Shown here: piece by piece, positions 13,590 to 25,281 of the stretch | Layout of the letters: each line of letters starts with the position of its first letter | Position numbering within the stretch: the stretch's first letter is position 1 | Assembly: GCA_038087875.1 (NCBI GenBank) | Contig: CM075990.1 | Coordinates: forward strand, 16,060,001 to 16,124,000 | Source: Malacoraja senta | Taxonomy: Eukaryota | DNA length: 64,000 nucleotides | Direction: 5' to 3' | Translations under genes and position numbers: made by a program | The notes under the pieces: generated by a model | Told to the model about the DNA's origin: nothing | Seen by the model: only the letters and a program-made list of their open reading frames with translations | The model's database searches: none

Positions 13590-13715
13590 CATCTGAAGAT
13601 GGGTCCCGATTCAAAAAATCACCTATCCACGTTCTCCCAAGATGCTGCCTGACCTGCTGAGTTATTCCGGCCCTTTTTTTTTAGTAAACCAGCTTCTGCA
13701 GTTTCTTGTGTACAT
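13590..13715 (+). mobile_element. Solo Penelope-like terminal repeat, diverged
   Basis: CTGAAGATGGGTCCCGATTCAAAA...GATGCTGCCTGACCTGCTGAGTTA...AAACCAGCTTCTGCAG. Confidence 0.7.
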
Positions 13716-13774
13716 GTCTTAATAAAAAGGGAAATACGATTGGTGTGGGAAAATGGTTAACTCAATAATAGTCT

Positions 13775-14074
13775 ACTTTAGTTCAGTATAGTTTAGAGAC
13801 ACAGCTTGTCCTTCAGCCCATGGAGTCCATACCAACCAGTGATCCCTGCACACTAACACTTTCATACACACATTAGGGACAATTTACAATTTTACCAAGA
13901 TATAAAGCTACAAACCCGTAAGTCTTTGGAGTGTGGGAGGAAACTGGGGAAAACCCACGCAGGTCATCGGGAGAACGTACAAACTCCATACAGACAGCAC
14001 CCGTAGTCAGGATCAAACCCGGGTCTCTGGCGCAGTAAGGCAGCAACTCTACCGCTGCGCCACCTTGCCACCCT
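13775..14074 (-). mobile_element. HE1/V-SINE-like SINE
   Basis: Full reverse-complement copy with tRNA head, core and tail. Confidence 0.85.
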
Positions 14075-15099
14075 TCTATTTCTGCTATTGTTTCTTATAG
14101 TATTCCAATTTGATTTTCTATAAATTTCTTTAAATTAATAATCGTCATGTTTTCCAGGGCCAAACTGCATTGGAACAAGTGTTACTGTTGAGGTTGCTGA
14201 ATTCTACATACAGATTGCTGGTATCAATCAGCGCACAAGCACTCAAAAGGATGATGAAAAAGAGAAGGTATCCTCTCATAGCATTAATTATGGGTTAATT
14301 CAGTAAGAGCACTGATAACATTGAATTATTACAAGGATAAGGGATAGTTAAAAGTGACAGATAAAGACGAGTGAATTTATAGTACAGCATATCAGCAACA
14401 TTTATATCACATGCTTCTCAGGAAAGTGCCCCAGAGTCTGAAGATCCTATAAAATATAAAACATATTCTTTTTTTTAACGTCTGGTGGTACAATAGTAAT
14501 CAAATAAAATCCTGTGTTGCATCTTTGGCAGGTGCTGTTACATTCAAAAGTTAAATTAATAATCCAATTATTTTTTTAACTCCATTATCATTTTACATAA
14601 AATGAAAAGTATAGGTAATGAACAGCATTGCTTGCTGATACACAGCCCGTCAGGGTCATTGATGGCTAGTCTTATAGAATCTGAAAGGTAATGACAGAGC
14701 CATCTAAATATTTAATACAATAGATGGATTGCACATTGTAGAGTACCTAAGTTCCAATTCTAGAATCAATCCTATTCAGTACATTTCAATGGATAATTTT
14801 GCATTGAATTCCACCATGTAATTTGGCTGCAGTCAAGATGCAATATTTGCAAGAATATTGAAATTCTATTAGCAGCACTACGGTAAACTGCACAGGAGTA
14901 TTCGGCACAGGTTAGTACACGGTAATGAAAGATTTTCTCGCCTCCAATCATCTCCTATAGTCAATAACAAATGACATATCTCAAAAAAAGTTAATATACA
15001 CTATCATGGATTGGTTACATTGCTAGAAACTGTCTACAGCAATGTTTCAAAATGCATAACCATTTCTCCCACTGAATTCTCTGTTCTAAGTGCAGATGT

Positions 15100-15632
15100 G
15101 CAGACCGCCGGAGATTCGGAGGCTACAACCGCGGGTCTGGCGGACGGCAACACCGGAAGCCTGCGGGTCCCTGGTGGGAGACCGCTTTTCGGGGCTTCCG
15201 CAGCGGCGACTTCTCCCGCCCGAGTTGCGGGGTTGAAGAGCACCTGGAGCGGGGCTTTACATCGTCCCCCCGCGCGGCTTGGAATGGCCACCGGACTTTG
15301 CGGGCGCACGCCGGGGCTCTAACACCAAGACCCGGTGCGCAACCTTGCATCACCCGGCGTGGCTTTAATGGCTGCGGGACAATCACCATCGCCCGCCGGG
15401 GGCTTTGACTTTGACTCTGACATCGGGGGGGGGGGGGGGAGTGCAGTGGAGAGATACGTGTTTTTGCCTTCCATCACAGCGCTGTGATGGATGTATGTGT
15501 AAATTGTGTTGTGTCTCGGGTCTTCTTCGTTTTGTATTGTATGGCTGCAGAAACGACATTTCGTTTGGACCTCAAGGGGTCCAAATGCCAAATTTGTCCA
15601 AAAGACAAATAAATTGAATTGAAAAAAAAAAA
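15100..15632 (+). mobile_element. GC-rich non-autonomous retroposon with LINE-like 3' tail
   Basis: CpG-rich body; tail ATTTCGTT...GACAAATAAATTGAATTG plus poly(A); AGATGT at both flanks (15094-15099, 15633-15638); tail similar to 46878-47728. Confidence 0.55.
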
Positions 15633-16842
15633 AGATGTCAAGTCAAGTCAAGTCACATTTATTTATATAGCACATTTAAAAAACAACTCTCGTTGGCAAT
15701 ATATGTGTTGTGTTGCTATGGGAAGCTTTTCTCTGAATGGTACTCTTTCTGCAGGTATGCAGTCTACAGGTAAGAGAATTCTGATTACACCATAATCAGA
15801 GCAGAGTTGTTGTTTTAATTAACTAAAAATGGAAGTTACATTGTTTGAAAAGTAGCATTGCACAAGTGACAGTAGAAGAGATTACCTTTTCAGTTTCCAA
15901 AGCAAAAACCTGAAGTGGCCTCCTGCAACAAGCCGGCAGCCTGCAATGTTGCACCTTTGTAAGCTATATCATTTTTCTGTATGTAGTTTTTCCCCAAAAA
16001 ATTATGTCAGAGCAAATTTCTATTCATTATCTCAATTTTTTGGGAGTGATATGTAAATTCCAGAAGAACGTCATTCTGTTACATAAACTGCTGTAACGCA
16101 CAGGCACATTGTATTTACAAAGACCTAGTATTATCTGTAACAACCTTTCCCAACGTCACATACAGGGTAACCTGTGACATCCAGCAGTGAAAAAAGTAGC
16201 TGGTTAGAGAAAAATTCTCAAAGACAATAAACAAATAATCTTAAAAACACAAATATTGGCTAACTTTTTATGATATTTTATATTCTGCATAATATAAATT
16301 AATGTAGAAGTTACAAATAAAACCTTTGAAAATTATTATATATTTGATATTTTGCTCTATAACATAATCTGATAAATTGATAATCCTTGTATCTACAATT
16401 AATTTATTAGGCCAGGGAAGTTGGAGAGCATTAATTGTTTTAGTACACCATTAAAAATCCCAACCTTCTGAAAACATCATTATAGTCAGGATATTTTTAA
16501 GAATAGCTTTTGTCTGATTTCTGAAGAGCTTGGCAACAAAGAATGCAAAATAGCACACCCGCAGAAGGCATGACTGGCAGTATGTCTAGTTTCATTATGT
16601 AATAACAGCAAACACTTATGTTTATCAATAGTGTATTTCATTGATAGACCCAGACATTGACTTTGACGGAATCATGTACAATAACAGTCATTCGACAGCT
16701 ATGGAAAACTTTAAGTTATTAGTCTACAGATAATCAGAACTGTATTTCTCTGCTCAATAGAATTATCAACACCAGAATCAGAAGATTACAAGTTTGTTGC
16801 ACGATCTGCAATGAATTAAATTCTATAGATTGATGTAATAAA

Positions 16843-16968
16843 AAGGAACTACAGATGCTGGTTTATACCAAAATTAGACACAAAATGCTGGAGTAATTCA
16901 GCAGGTCAAGCAGCATCTCTGGAGAAAATGGATAGGTGACATTCTGGATCAGGACCCTTTTTCAGACT
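16843..16968 (-). mobile_element. Solo Penelope-like terminal repeat, diverged
   Basis: Reverse complement of the family A repeat, starting at the hammerhead-like core. Confidence 0.75.
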
Positions 16969-17321
16969 TTGATGTAATGTTTAGGGCATGATTAATGTAC
17001 TGTATGTATTTGACAATACAACACAAACAATTATTTTACAATATAAAAAGGATGTAATGCATTTCATCATTCCATTCAACCAAAAGCATTGCGCAATTGT
17101 GCATCTAGAACAAGGCATCCTAAAATTCACTAGATTTCACTTTCAAATTTTCTACAAAATAAGGAACTGCTATCCATATGTGTCTTTTTTACAATACTTA
17201 CACACAATAATGTGACAAAGGGAGTCAAATTTCAAATTCCTTCAAAAAAGTTGACAAGCACTTTATTGGGTTCATGGCTAACATAGTATCAACAAAAAAT
17301 AAGAAAATATAGCATCTTGAA

Positions 17322-18608
17322 GGCAAGTTTCCGAAAATGACATCAGAATACTCAAATACATTTTGTGTAACGGTTGTCGCATGATGTCCACCAGTGACCT
17401 GGTTGGCACAGTAAGTGCACGTATTTATTATTTATTTCTATGTTTATGAATACCACATGGAAAAATAAAATTGCAAGCACCGTTAGCACTTCATTCACCT
17501 GATCATGTAGTAGAATACTGTATCCATCTGAGTGGACATGGCAACGCGCGTTACACTATCATACACACAAACGTACGTTGCGGTGGACCCGCAAAGGTTT
17601 GGGTCCCAGAAAACGAACGTTACATTATTAGAGAAAACCAAATTATATCCATAGATCGAAAAAACAGTACATTACCTTATGGATTTTAGCTTTTTCAATG
17701 GCCGATGGTTCGTCGGAGGTTTGATTTGGGATAATTTTTTAGTAATTTAAATGTCTCCGTAATAGTGGTTGTGGAGCTTCCGGAGGTTGACACAAAGGAA
17801 TGAAGTTAGTGACTTGGTCCGTACAAAAGGTAAACAAGAGAAAGTGTGTTGCCAAATTGAGGAACTGCTCAGTTTCTTAGTTTTGATGACCAATTTATGC
17901 CCCCCAATTTTTTTTTTTTAAACTTTAAAAAGTCAGAAAATATATTATAAACGGTCGTTGTGTTTTTGACACCACAATGTTTTTGATATATTAAATGTGA
18001 ATATAAGAAAAATAATTAATGCCCAAAAATCACTATTACCATAGGATACATGGTTGTGGTTTGTGAAAAGCAGTAGAGGTTTGGAGCCTCCGTGGTTTAA
18101 CTTATGGAGGTACGGACCCCGATAACGGTCGTTGTGACAATGGACACCAAGCACAACGCCCGTTACGGGATCTTTGCTTCACCAGACATGTTACTGTATT
18201 TTTCTCCTTGTATTGATGAAGATATTTCCCCAGATTATTATCAAAACGTATATGTATGAGGGGCCTTATGAAGTTTATCTATGAATTAAATATTCATGAC
18301 TAAATGTGGCAGAGTTTTTACGTCACATTTATGGTGTCCAAAATGGTAGTAAAACGATGAAAATTTGTCTGTCATGAAAAAAGTTTTTGACTTTCGGTCT
18401 TGAAGTTATCTAATTTATATCTGTTATTTGTAAGGTTTCACACGATGGGTAGATTTTTGTTAAGAACAGTGTATTGGTGTAAAAAGCTGAATAATAATCT
18501 CATTCCTCAAAATCTTTCCAGTATTGTAAAAATACACATATGCAAACATTTGTATGAAATTAGCTTTTACCATTCTGATCTTTTTAACAGCTACAATTCA
18601 GAATTGCC
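17322..18608. mobile_element. Putative non-autonomous DNA transposon (possibly Kolobok-like)
   Basis: GGCAA...TTGCC termini with a short imperfect TIR; TGAA at both flanks (17318-17321, 18609-18612); CpG-enriched interior. Confidence 0.4.
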
Positions 18609-19249
18609 TGAATACAAATTGAAATGAAGCTGAATGCCAGTCTCATGATTTTGTTTACATTGCTGATAGAGTATGTCACACTTGGTTTCATTTCTTTCTC
18701 AACTGAAACAATACTTGCTTCTTTAACAAGTCATACATACTTAAAGACAGTCACATTTGTCAGTCTGGAGTCACATGCATTGGCGGACGTGGGTAACGAT
18801 AGCAAATTTCCTTTCCTGGAGAATATTAGAACTAGGTCAAATTTTATGACAATCCAGCAATTTCTGAAATTAGCTCTTTTAAAAAAAAAATTCAAAATTA
18901 AATTATTTTAAATTGCACAGCCACTATAGTGAATCGCAAACGTATGTTTCTGGATCAATGGCTCAAGATTCTGTCACTATCTCAGTAATTTAACCACCAC
19001 ACCACCCAATAATAACTCCATTAGTAAGGCCTGCATAGTCCTACCTGCGTAGAATATGTCCATTATATAATCCGCTTATTATAAATTTCCACTGATAAAA
19101 AGGATTTGATCGTAGAGCAGCGGACATCAAGATATTCTGCTCAAACTTCCCTCGAGACCAGACATTGAGTAAGCAGAAACAAAATTCCTTTATTCCCAAG
19201 TTCTCTGTTGTGTAGATCCTGAAATAATGGCAGCAAATATACCTGACTT

Positions 19250-19385
19250 TCCCCGAAAGAAGGGTCTCAACCCAAAGCATTACCCATACATTTTCTCCAG
19301 AGATGCTGCCTGACCTGCTGAGCTACTCCAGCACTTAGTGTCTACCTTTGGTATAAATTAGCATCTGCGGTTCTTTATTTTTACA
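19250..19385 (+). mobile_element. Solo Penelope-like terminal repeat, diverged
   Basis: AGAAGGGTCTCAACCCAAAGC...GATGCTGCCTGACCTGCTGAG...AGCATCTGCGGTTC. Confidence 0.7.
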
Positions 19386-19614
19386 TTCCGACTTTCCCCA
19401 TATTTTCTTCCATCCTGCTTTTATAGCTTTCCTAATTTTTTTGCATCTTTCTTCCCCAACTAACACTGCACTAAAAATGTCAAAACCAATGATAAAGGGA
19501 ACGAATAGTAATAGGAAAAAAATTGTTTGATGAGAAAATATACAAACCAATGGAGATGACCAACTGCACACATCTCAATAAATAAATGTGTGCCTGCAAC
19601 AAAGCAAGCCTAAA

Positions 19615-19703
19615 TGAAGATAGACAAAAATGCTGGAGAAACTCAGCAGGTGAGGCAGCATCTATGGAGCGAAGGAATAGGTGACGTTTCGGGTCGAGAT
19701 CCT
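19615..19703 (-). mobile_element. Solo Penelope-like terminal repeat with mixed A/B features
   Basis: Family A stem II and GAAACGTC joined to family B body TTCCTTCGCTCCATAGATGC. Confidence 0.75.
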
Positions 19704-20099
19704 GAAGTCCATCACCTTGAGATAAATGTTATTTTGCCGTAGTCAGCCAAATAGTTGCAATAAGGAAGGTAGTTTACAGATCCCAGTGTGATAGAAAATG
19801 CCAAAAAAGGAGTCAACCTCCCATCCCAAAACAGGGTAAATATGATGGTTTGAAAGAGCTGCAATTATAGCTCACATCACTGTCACTCCAAAAGATCCAA
19901 GACAACTTTAATTGCAGTAACTATGTAATCAGTGCATGTGGAAACATTTAGCATTTGAATTTATGCATTCAGGTGGAATACAACAAATAAGGAATTTATT
20001 TTAAATTCAGTACAGAGCACAATCTAGTAAAATCACACCTGAAAAAGATGCGATACAGATCATGCACTATTTTTGGAGACCAGGGTTTATTTTAATTAA

Positions 20100-20460
20100 T
20101 CATGAAATAGATTATTCAACAATCAGTTCGAGAAAGAACGGACATGGATTTTAAAATATGCATGTCCCAGTCCAATTGAACATATGGAGGGTTTCTTTCC
20201 AACTCCACATATGCTGCAATATATTAAGTCATGATGACCACAATGTTTAATTCCTGGTCTACACTGACAACAGATCTCAGGGGCATTGGTGTCAATAATA
20301 AGCCTTTGCAAATGAATACTGCATTTACCATGATCCCAGCTTTCAATTGCTACTGACTTCTGCACATGTGGAACGTGTACATCTGTGGATTTTGGCAAGA
20401 ACGAGATTCAACTTGGCTGCGATGCCCTGCGTGACTGGCTTGCCTGCTGACCTCACAAAT
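20100..20460 (-). mobile_element. Ancient LINE RT C-terminal remnant
   Basis: Degenerate RT C-terminal-like sequence, likely the same old LINE group as 1640-2200. Confidence 0.4.
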
Positions 20461-20730
20461 GAAGAACGGCTATTTGGCAAAGTATAAGACGACTACCATT
20501 GACTGCAGAACGATACCGCAAGTGAGCAAGCTGACATAAAAAGTCAATGGATAGAGAGAAAATCGTCATTTTGGCATACACTGCTAAATTAAAGGAATAT
20601 GTTTCTCAATAAGAAAAAAACATGGAAAACGTTACCTTTGAATGATTAATTTTACAATTCATGCAACAAATGGAACAATCCACATATTTTAAAGGATAGG
20701 GAAAAACTGAGAAAATTCCATTTGTTAATG

Positions 20731-21767
20731 TAGCAATGTTACAAAATTTTGAGATTTTAAAAATCAAGTCTGTAATTTATCCCATCAGATAAAGCATAAA
20801 ATTCACTAATTCACCTAATTCACTTTCATATCTTCAGTATTAAAAATGTTATGGCCATTTTCATACTTGGAAATTAGCATCTTGTTCCCTATTGCTTTTC
20901 CATTGACTTAACACAAAAGCTGTGATCGAGGACAGTCAAAAGCCCATAGCTTTCTTAAAAATTAAGAGAACTGAAAGAAATTTTCAGTTATTATAGATTG
21001 AAGCATTCTGAAACAAATATGAAACAATCTTACTTAGATGACATGAAATTAAAGCATATAATTAGTTTGTTACCTAATTGTAGCTAATTACAAAATTCAA
21101 TTACTAGATCTAAACATCTATCTATTTCTTAAGAATAGATTAACATTTTTAAATAGCCTAAGTGTCCAAATAACATTCACACAATAATTCACAATATAAC
21201 ATAATTTTTAAATCTCATTGTCATGGATTTATAGGCCAAATTGAAAGAATTTAATGTTTAATACCTGTAAATTAATGGCCATTTAAATCATCTTGCGAGT
21301 GGGTTTTTCTGGAACGGGATCATTTGGAACGTTGCATTTGCGGTGAATTTAAACCCGTATCGGCATGAAAAATACTGCCGGTTCGTTCGGGGGAAAAAAT
21401 CACCGTTTCGCAACTTAAAATGTGAATTAAAGGCATCTTAAGGGGCACTTTAATACATAAAATAAACGGCTTTCGTTTACCTGTCCCGTGCGTGAAATCC
21501 GTCCCCGTTGTCGGCGTTGACGGCTTTAGGAGCTGATTTTAAAATAACTCCAGCGCTGAAATTGTCGGGCGAATAAAAAAAAAATACATAGAACGCCCGT
21601 CGGAACAATTCTTCAGCAAAAGCTTGCACTCCAACGAAATATTAACCAGGACAAGGTAGGAGAAACCCGCGTTTTAACCCCGCCCCCCCCTCAAAGGCGC
21701 CAAAATCGCGCACACGGCCAGTGGCAGAATTGCAGTGCCGCTGAAGGTAAGTATTGTAACATACCTA
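20731..21767. mobile_element. Non-autonomous DNA transposon with TAG termini and 7-bp TSD
   Basis: Imperfect TIRs TAGCAATGTTACAAAATTT / TAGGTATGTTACAATACTT; GTTAATG duplicated at 20724-20730 and 21768-21774. Confidence 0.75.
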
Positions 21768-21945
21768 GTTAATGCAACTAGAAATCAGAGCCATCCTCTT
21801 TTACTCTTTATTATTTAATTTATTATGTGCTTATTCTTTTGCTCTCCCATTTTATTGGTTTGTCTTAATGTCAGGGTAGAATTTAATGTAGACTTAGTTT
21901 TTGGGACAGTATTATCAACATTAGTCTCTTAAGAGATTTAATGTA

Positions 21946-22469
21946 CAGGAAATACTAATACAATATTAACATGGATTTTGGTTATAGCAGATGGACCTAC
22001 CCACCTTCACTGCCAAGCCAGACTGCTGACCCCAGCCCAGCTCACACTGCCGCTCCAGCCACTTGTAGGCCAGGGAGCTAACACCCTTCACCTCCCCGGC
22101 CTGCATTGTCTTCCCGGCCACTTCCAGGCCAGGCTGCTGACCTACACTTCCAGGCTGTCAATGCCCACACAGGTTCCATGGCCGCTTCCTGGCCATGCCT
22201 GCCCCTTACTTGCACTCTGGCCACCTTTGGGCCGCAACCAATGACTCAGCTGATCCTCGCCTCTGCCCCGACCGAGAGTCTGAAGAAGTCTAAACTTTCC
22301 CTATCCATGTTCCCCAGGGATGCTGCCTGGCCTGCTGAGTTACTCCAGCACTTTGTGTCCTTTTATGTGATAACCAGCATCGGCAGCTCCTTGTTCTACT
22401 ACTTATACAATGCTAATCGGTTATCGCGGATAATCAGCAATAACGGTCTGTTATAACGAGGATTTAGTG
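21946..22469. mobile_element. Tigger/pogo-like MITE with nested Penelope-like repeat (22275-22400)
   Basis: Right end GTTATAACGAGGATTTAGTG-TA resembles the element at 51852-52246; left end degenerate. Confidence 0.5.
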
Positions 22470-23595
22470 TACTTCACTTTAAACCAATATCGTGCGCTTC
22501 TACAAACCAATCCACACAAAATCATATATTTACTGAGGCACTGAAACATTTACTGAAACTGAGGCACGGCTGTTTGAGAAACTGGATTTATCTTATAATT
22601 TTAACAATTCACATCTATGTGACACCATAAACATGAGATGTTGCTCAGGATGTTTTCTGAGGGAATAAAAATACCATCAGACCGAAGTATGGTCATACTT
22701 CAGCTGATGTCATATGCTTGAATTATAAAATAATAGAGGTATTGCTATAATATTTACAAATCAGAAGCCATGCAATTGATTCCAACAAAAACCTACTTCA
22801 ACCTGTCAAAGATTATGACAAATTTAGGTATCATCATCTGTAACATACTTATAACTCATCTCTCCCATTAAAACCACAACCTCTTATTTCAGATTCTAAC
22901 ATTCTTTGCAAAACATTTACTGAACATAGGTTTCATCTGTTCCACATTTAACCAAAGTGCATTGATATCATGCCAAAGGATAAAATTCCAGCTAAATGTC
23001 AAACCATGACGTAGTTGCAGCTCTGGGTATTTTAGTAATATTTTTTTTTTAATCAATATTTACTGTGAGAATATCAAAAGAATGTAGAAGCTGTATTTGA
23101 TAGCATGTAAATGTATATAAAACGGCATCTTCCTAACTTTATACTTTAAATTTTTTACATAAATAACGGAATCACTGAATCACAGAAACACACAGCACAG
23201 AAAAAGGTCATCTCCAACCATGTTAACTCCAACTATGGTGCCACCATTCATTAATCCCATTTGACTGCTTTATGCTCATATCACTCCACACATTTCCTAT
23301 CCAACCACCAGTCTATATTGCAATTGAATCTGCCTCCATCATAGATGACAAAGATGATTATAAAAAATTACAGCAGGACTGTGATCCGTTGGGCAAGTAG
23401 GCTGAGGAATGGATAAAGGAGTTAAATGCAAGGTGGTGCATTTTAGCAAGTTAAACCAGGGCCGGACCTGCACAGTGAACCTTCTCTGTACTCCCTCTAT
23501 GGCAAGAATGTCTTTCCTCAGATTAGGAGACCAAAACTGTACACAATACTCCAGGTGTGGTCTCACCAACTCCCTGTACAACTGCAGTAGAACCT

Positions 23596-23623
23596 CTGAA
23601 GAAGGGTTTCGGCCCGAAACGTT
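23596..23623 (+). ncRNA. Minimal hammerhead ribozyme core (family B)
   Basis: CTGAAGA-A-GGGT(TTCG)GCCC-GAAA-CG-TT; the 5' strand of stem I is replaced by host sequence. Confidence 0.65.
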
Positions 23624-23689
23624 ACCTATTTCCTTCGCTCCATAGATGCTGCTGCACCCGCTGAGTTTCTCCAGCATTTTTGTGTACCT
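23597..23689 (+). mobile_element. 93-bp solo Penelope-like repeat (family B) inserted in CR1
   Basis: 14-bp TSD TGCAGTAGAACCTC (23583-23596, 23690-23703); the uninterrupted CR1 site is seen at ~59381. Confidence 0.92.
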
Positions 23690-24276
23690 TGCAGTAGAAC
23701 CTCCCTGCTCTTATACTCAAATCCTTTTGCTATGAATGCTAACATACCATTTGCTTTCTTCACTGCCTGCTGCACCTGCATGCCTACTTTCAATGACTGG
23801 TGTACCATGACACCCAGGTCTCGTTGCATCTCCCCTTTTCCTAATCGGCCACCATTTAGATAATAGTCTGCTTTCCTGTTTTTGCCACCAAAGTGGATAA
23901 CCTCACATTTATCCACATTATACTGCTTCTGCCATGCATTTGCCCACTCACCCAGCCTATCCAAGTCACCTTGCAGCCTCCTAGCATCCTCCTCACAGCT
24001 AACACTGCCCCCCAGCTTCGTGTCATCCGCAAACTTGGAGATGTTGCATTCAATTCCCTCATCCAGGTCATTAATATATATTGTAAATAGCTGGGGTCCC
24101 AGCTAGTCACTGCCTGCCATTGTGAAAAGGACCCGTTTACTCCTACTCTTTGCTTCCTGTTTGCCAGCCAGTTCTCTATCCACATCAATACTGAACCCCC
24201 AATACCATGTGCTTTAAGTTTGTATGCTAATCTCTTATGTGGGACCCCACCTATTCATAAGTCAGGGTAATGAGCA

Positions 24277-24403
24277 CAGAAGGGTCTCGACCCCAAACGT
24301 CACCCATTCCTTCTTTCCAGAGATGCTGCCTGTCCTGCTGAGTTACTCCAGCATTTTGTGTCTATCTTCAATTTAAACCAGCATCTGCAGTTCTTTCTTA
24401 CAC
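24277..24403 (+). mobile_element. Solo Penelope-like terminal repeat, family A
   Basis: AGAAGGGTCTCGACCCCAAACGTCACCC...AAACCAGCATCTGCAGTTCTTTCTTACAC. Confidence 0.8.
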
Positions 24404-24448
24404 ATAGAAGTTAGGATGTTATGCTGCAGTTGGTGATAACATCCTAAC

Positions 24449-25075
24449 ATTCATAGCAAAAGGATTTGAGTATAGGAGCAGGGAGGATCTACTGCAGTTG
24501 TACAGGGTCTTGGTGAGACCACACCTGGAGTATTGCGTACAGTTTTGGTCTCCTAATCTGAGGAAGGACATTCTTGCCATAGAGGGAGTATAGAGAAGGT
24601 TCACCAGACTGATTCCTGGGATGTCAGGCCTTTCATATGAGGAAAGACTGGATAGACTCGGCTTGTACTCGCTGGAATTTAGAAGACTGAGGGGGGATCT
24701 TATAGAAACTTACAAAATTCTTAAGGGGTTGGACAGGCTAGATGCAGGAAGATTGTTCCCGATGTTGGGGGAGTCCAGAACAAGGGGTCAGTTTAAGGGG
24801 AAATCTTTTAGTACTGAGATGAGAAAAAAAAAATTTACACAGAGAGTGGTGAATCTCTGGAATTCTCTGCCACAGAATGTAGTTGAGGCCAGTTCATTGG
24901 CTATATTTAAGAGGGAGTTAGATGTGGCCCTTGTGGCTAAAGGGATCAGGGGGTATGGAGAGAAAGCAGATACAGGATACTGAGTTGGATGATCAGCCAT
25001 GATCATATTGAATGTCGGTGCAGGCTCGAAGAGCCGAATGGCCTACTCCTGCACCTATTTTCTACGTTTCTATGT
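24449..25075 (+). mobile_element. CR1-clade LINE 3' end
   Basis: ORF 24621-24983 (LSYEERLDRLGLYSLEFRRLRGDLIETYKIL...FTQRVVNLWNSLP), 3' stem GGCTCGAAGAGCC and TTCTATGT-like tail. Confidence 0.92.
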
Positions 25076-25077
25076 GA

Positions 25078-25281
25078 GTATGGCAATCCATCTGACTCAA
25101 TTGATGACGACCTTGGACCGCATCTTGTAATCCACATTCATCAGTGATATGGGCCAACAATTTCTGATGCCCTCCATTTCCCCTTTCTGTTTATAGATGA
25201 GGGTGATGTTGTTCCTCGTGGATTCTGATATGATGCCTGCTAAAAGCATAGTGTTGTACACTGCCAGCATGTCCAGGCCCG
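25078..25281 (-). repeat. Near-identical inverted duplicate of 26763-26969
   Basis: About 205 bp reverse-complement match; by eye 3 substitutions and one 3-nt indel. Confidence 0.92.

Larger units (their letters stand above)
23473..24248 (-). mobile_element. CR1-clade LINE ORF2 (RT) fragment
   Basis: ORFs encode [51 protein letters not shown]; interrupted at 23597-23689. Confidence 0.92.

Noticed and set aside
23473..25075. Single twin-primed (5'-inverted) CR1 insertion
   Set aside because: The two oppositely oriented pieces overlap by over 150 nt of element sequence, differ at several sites and are separated by other DNA; two events fit better
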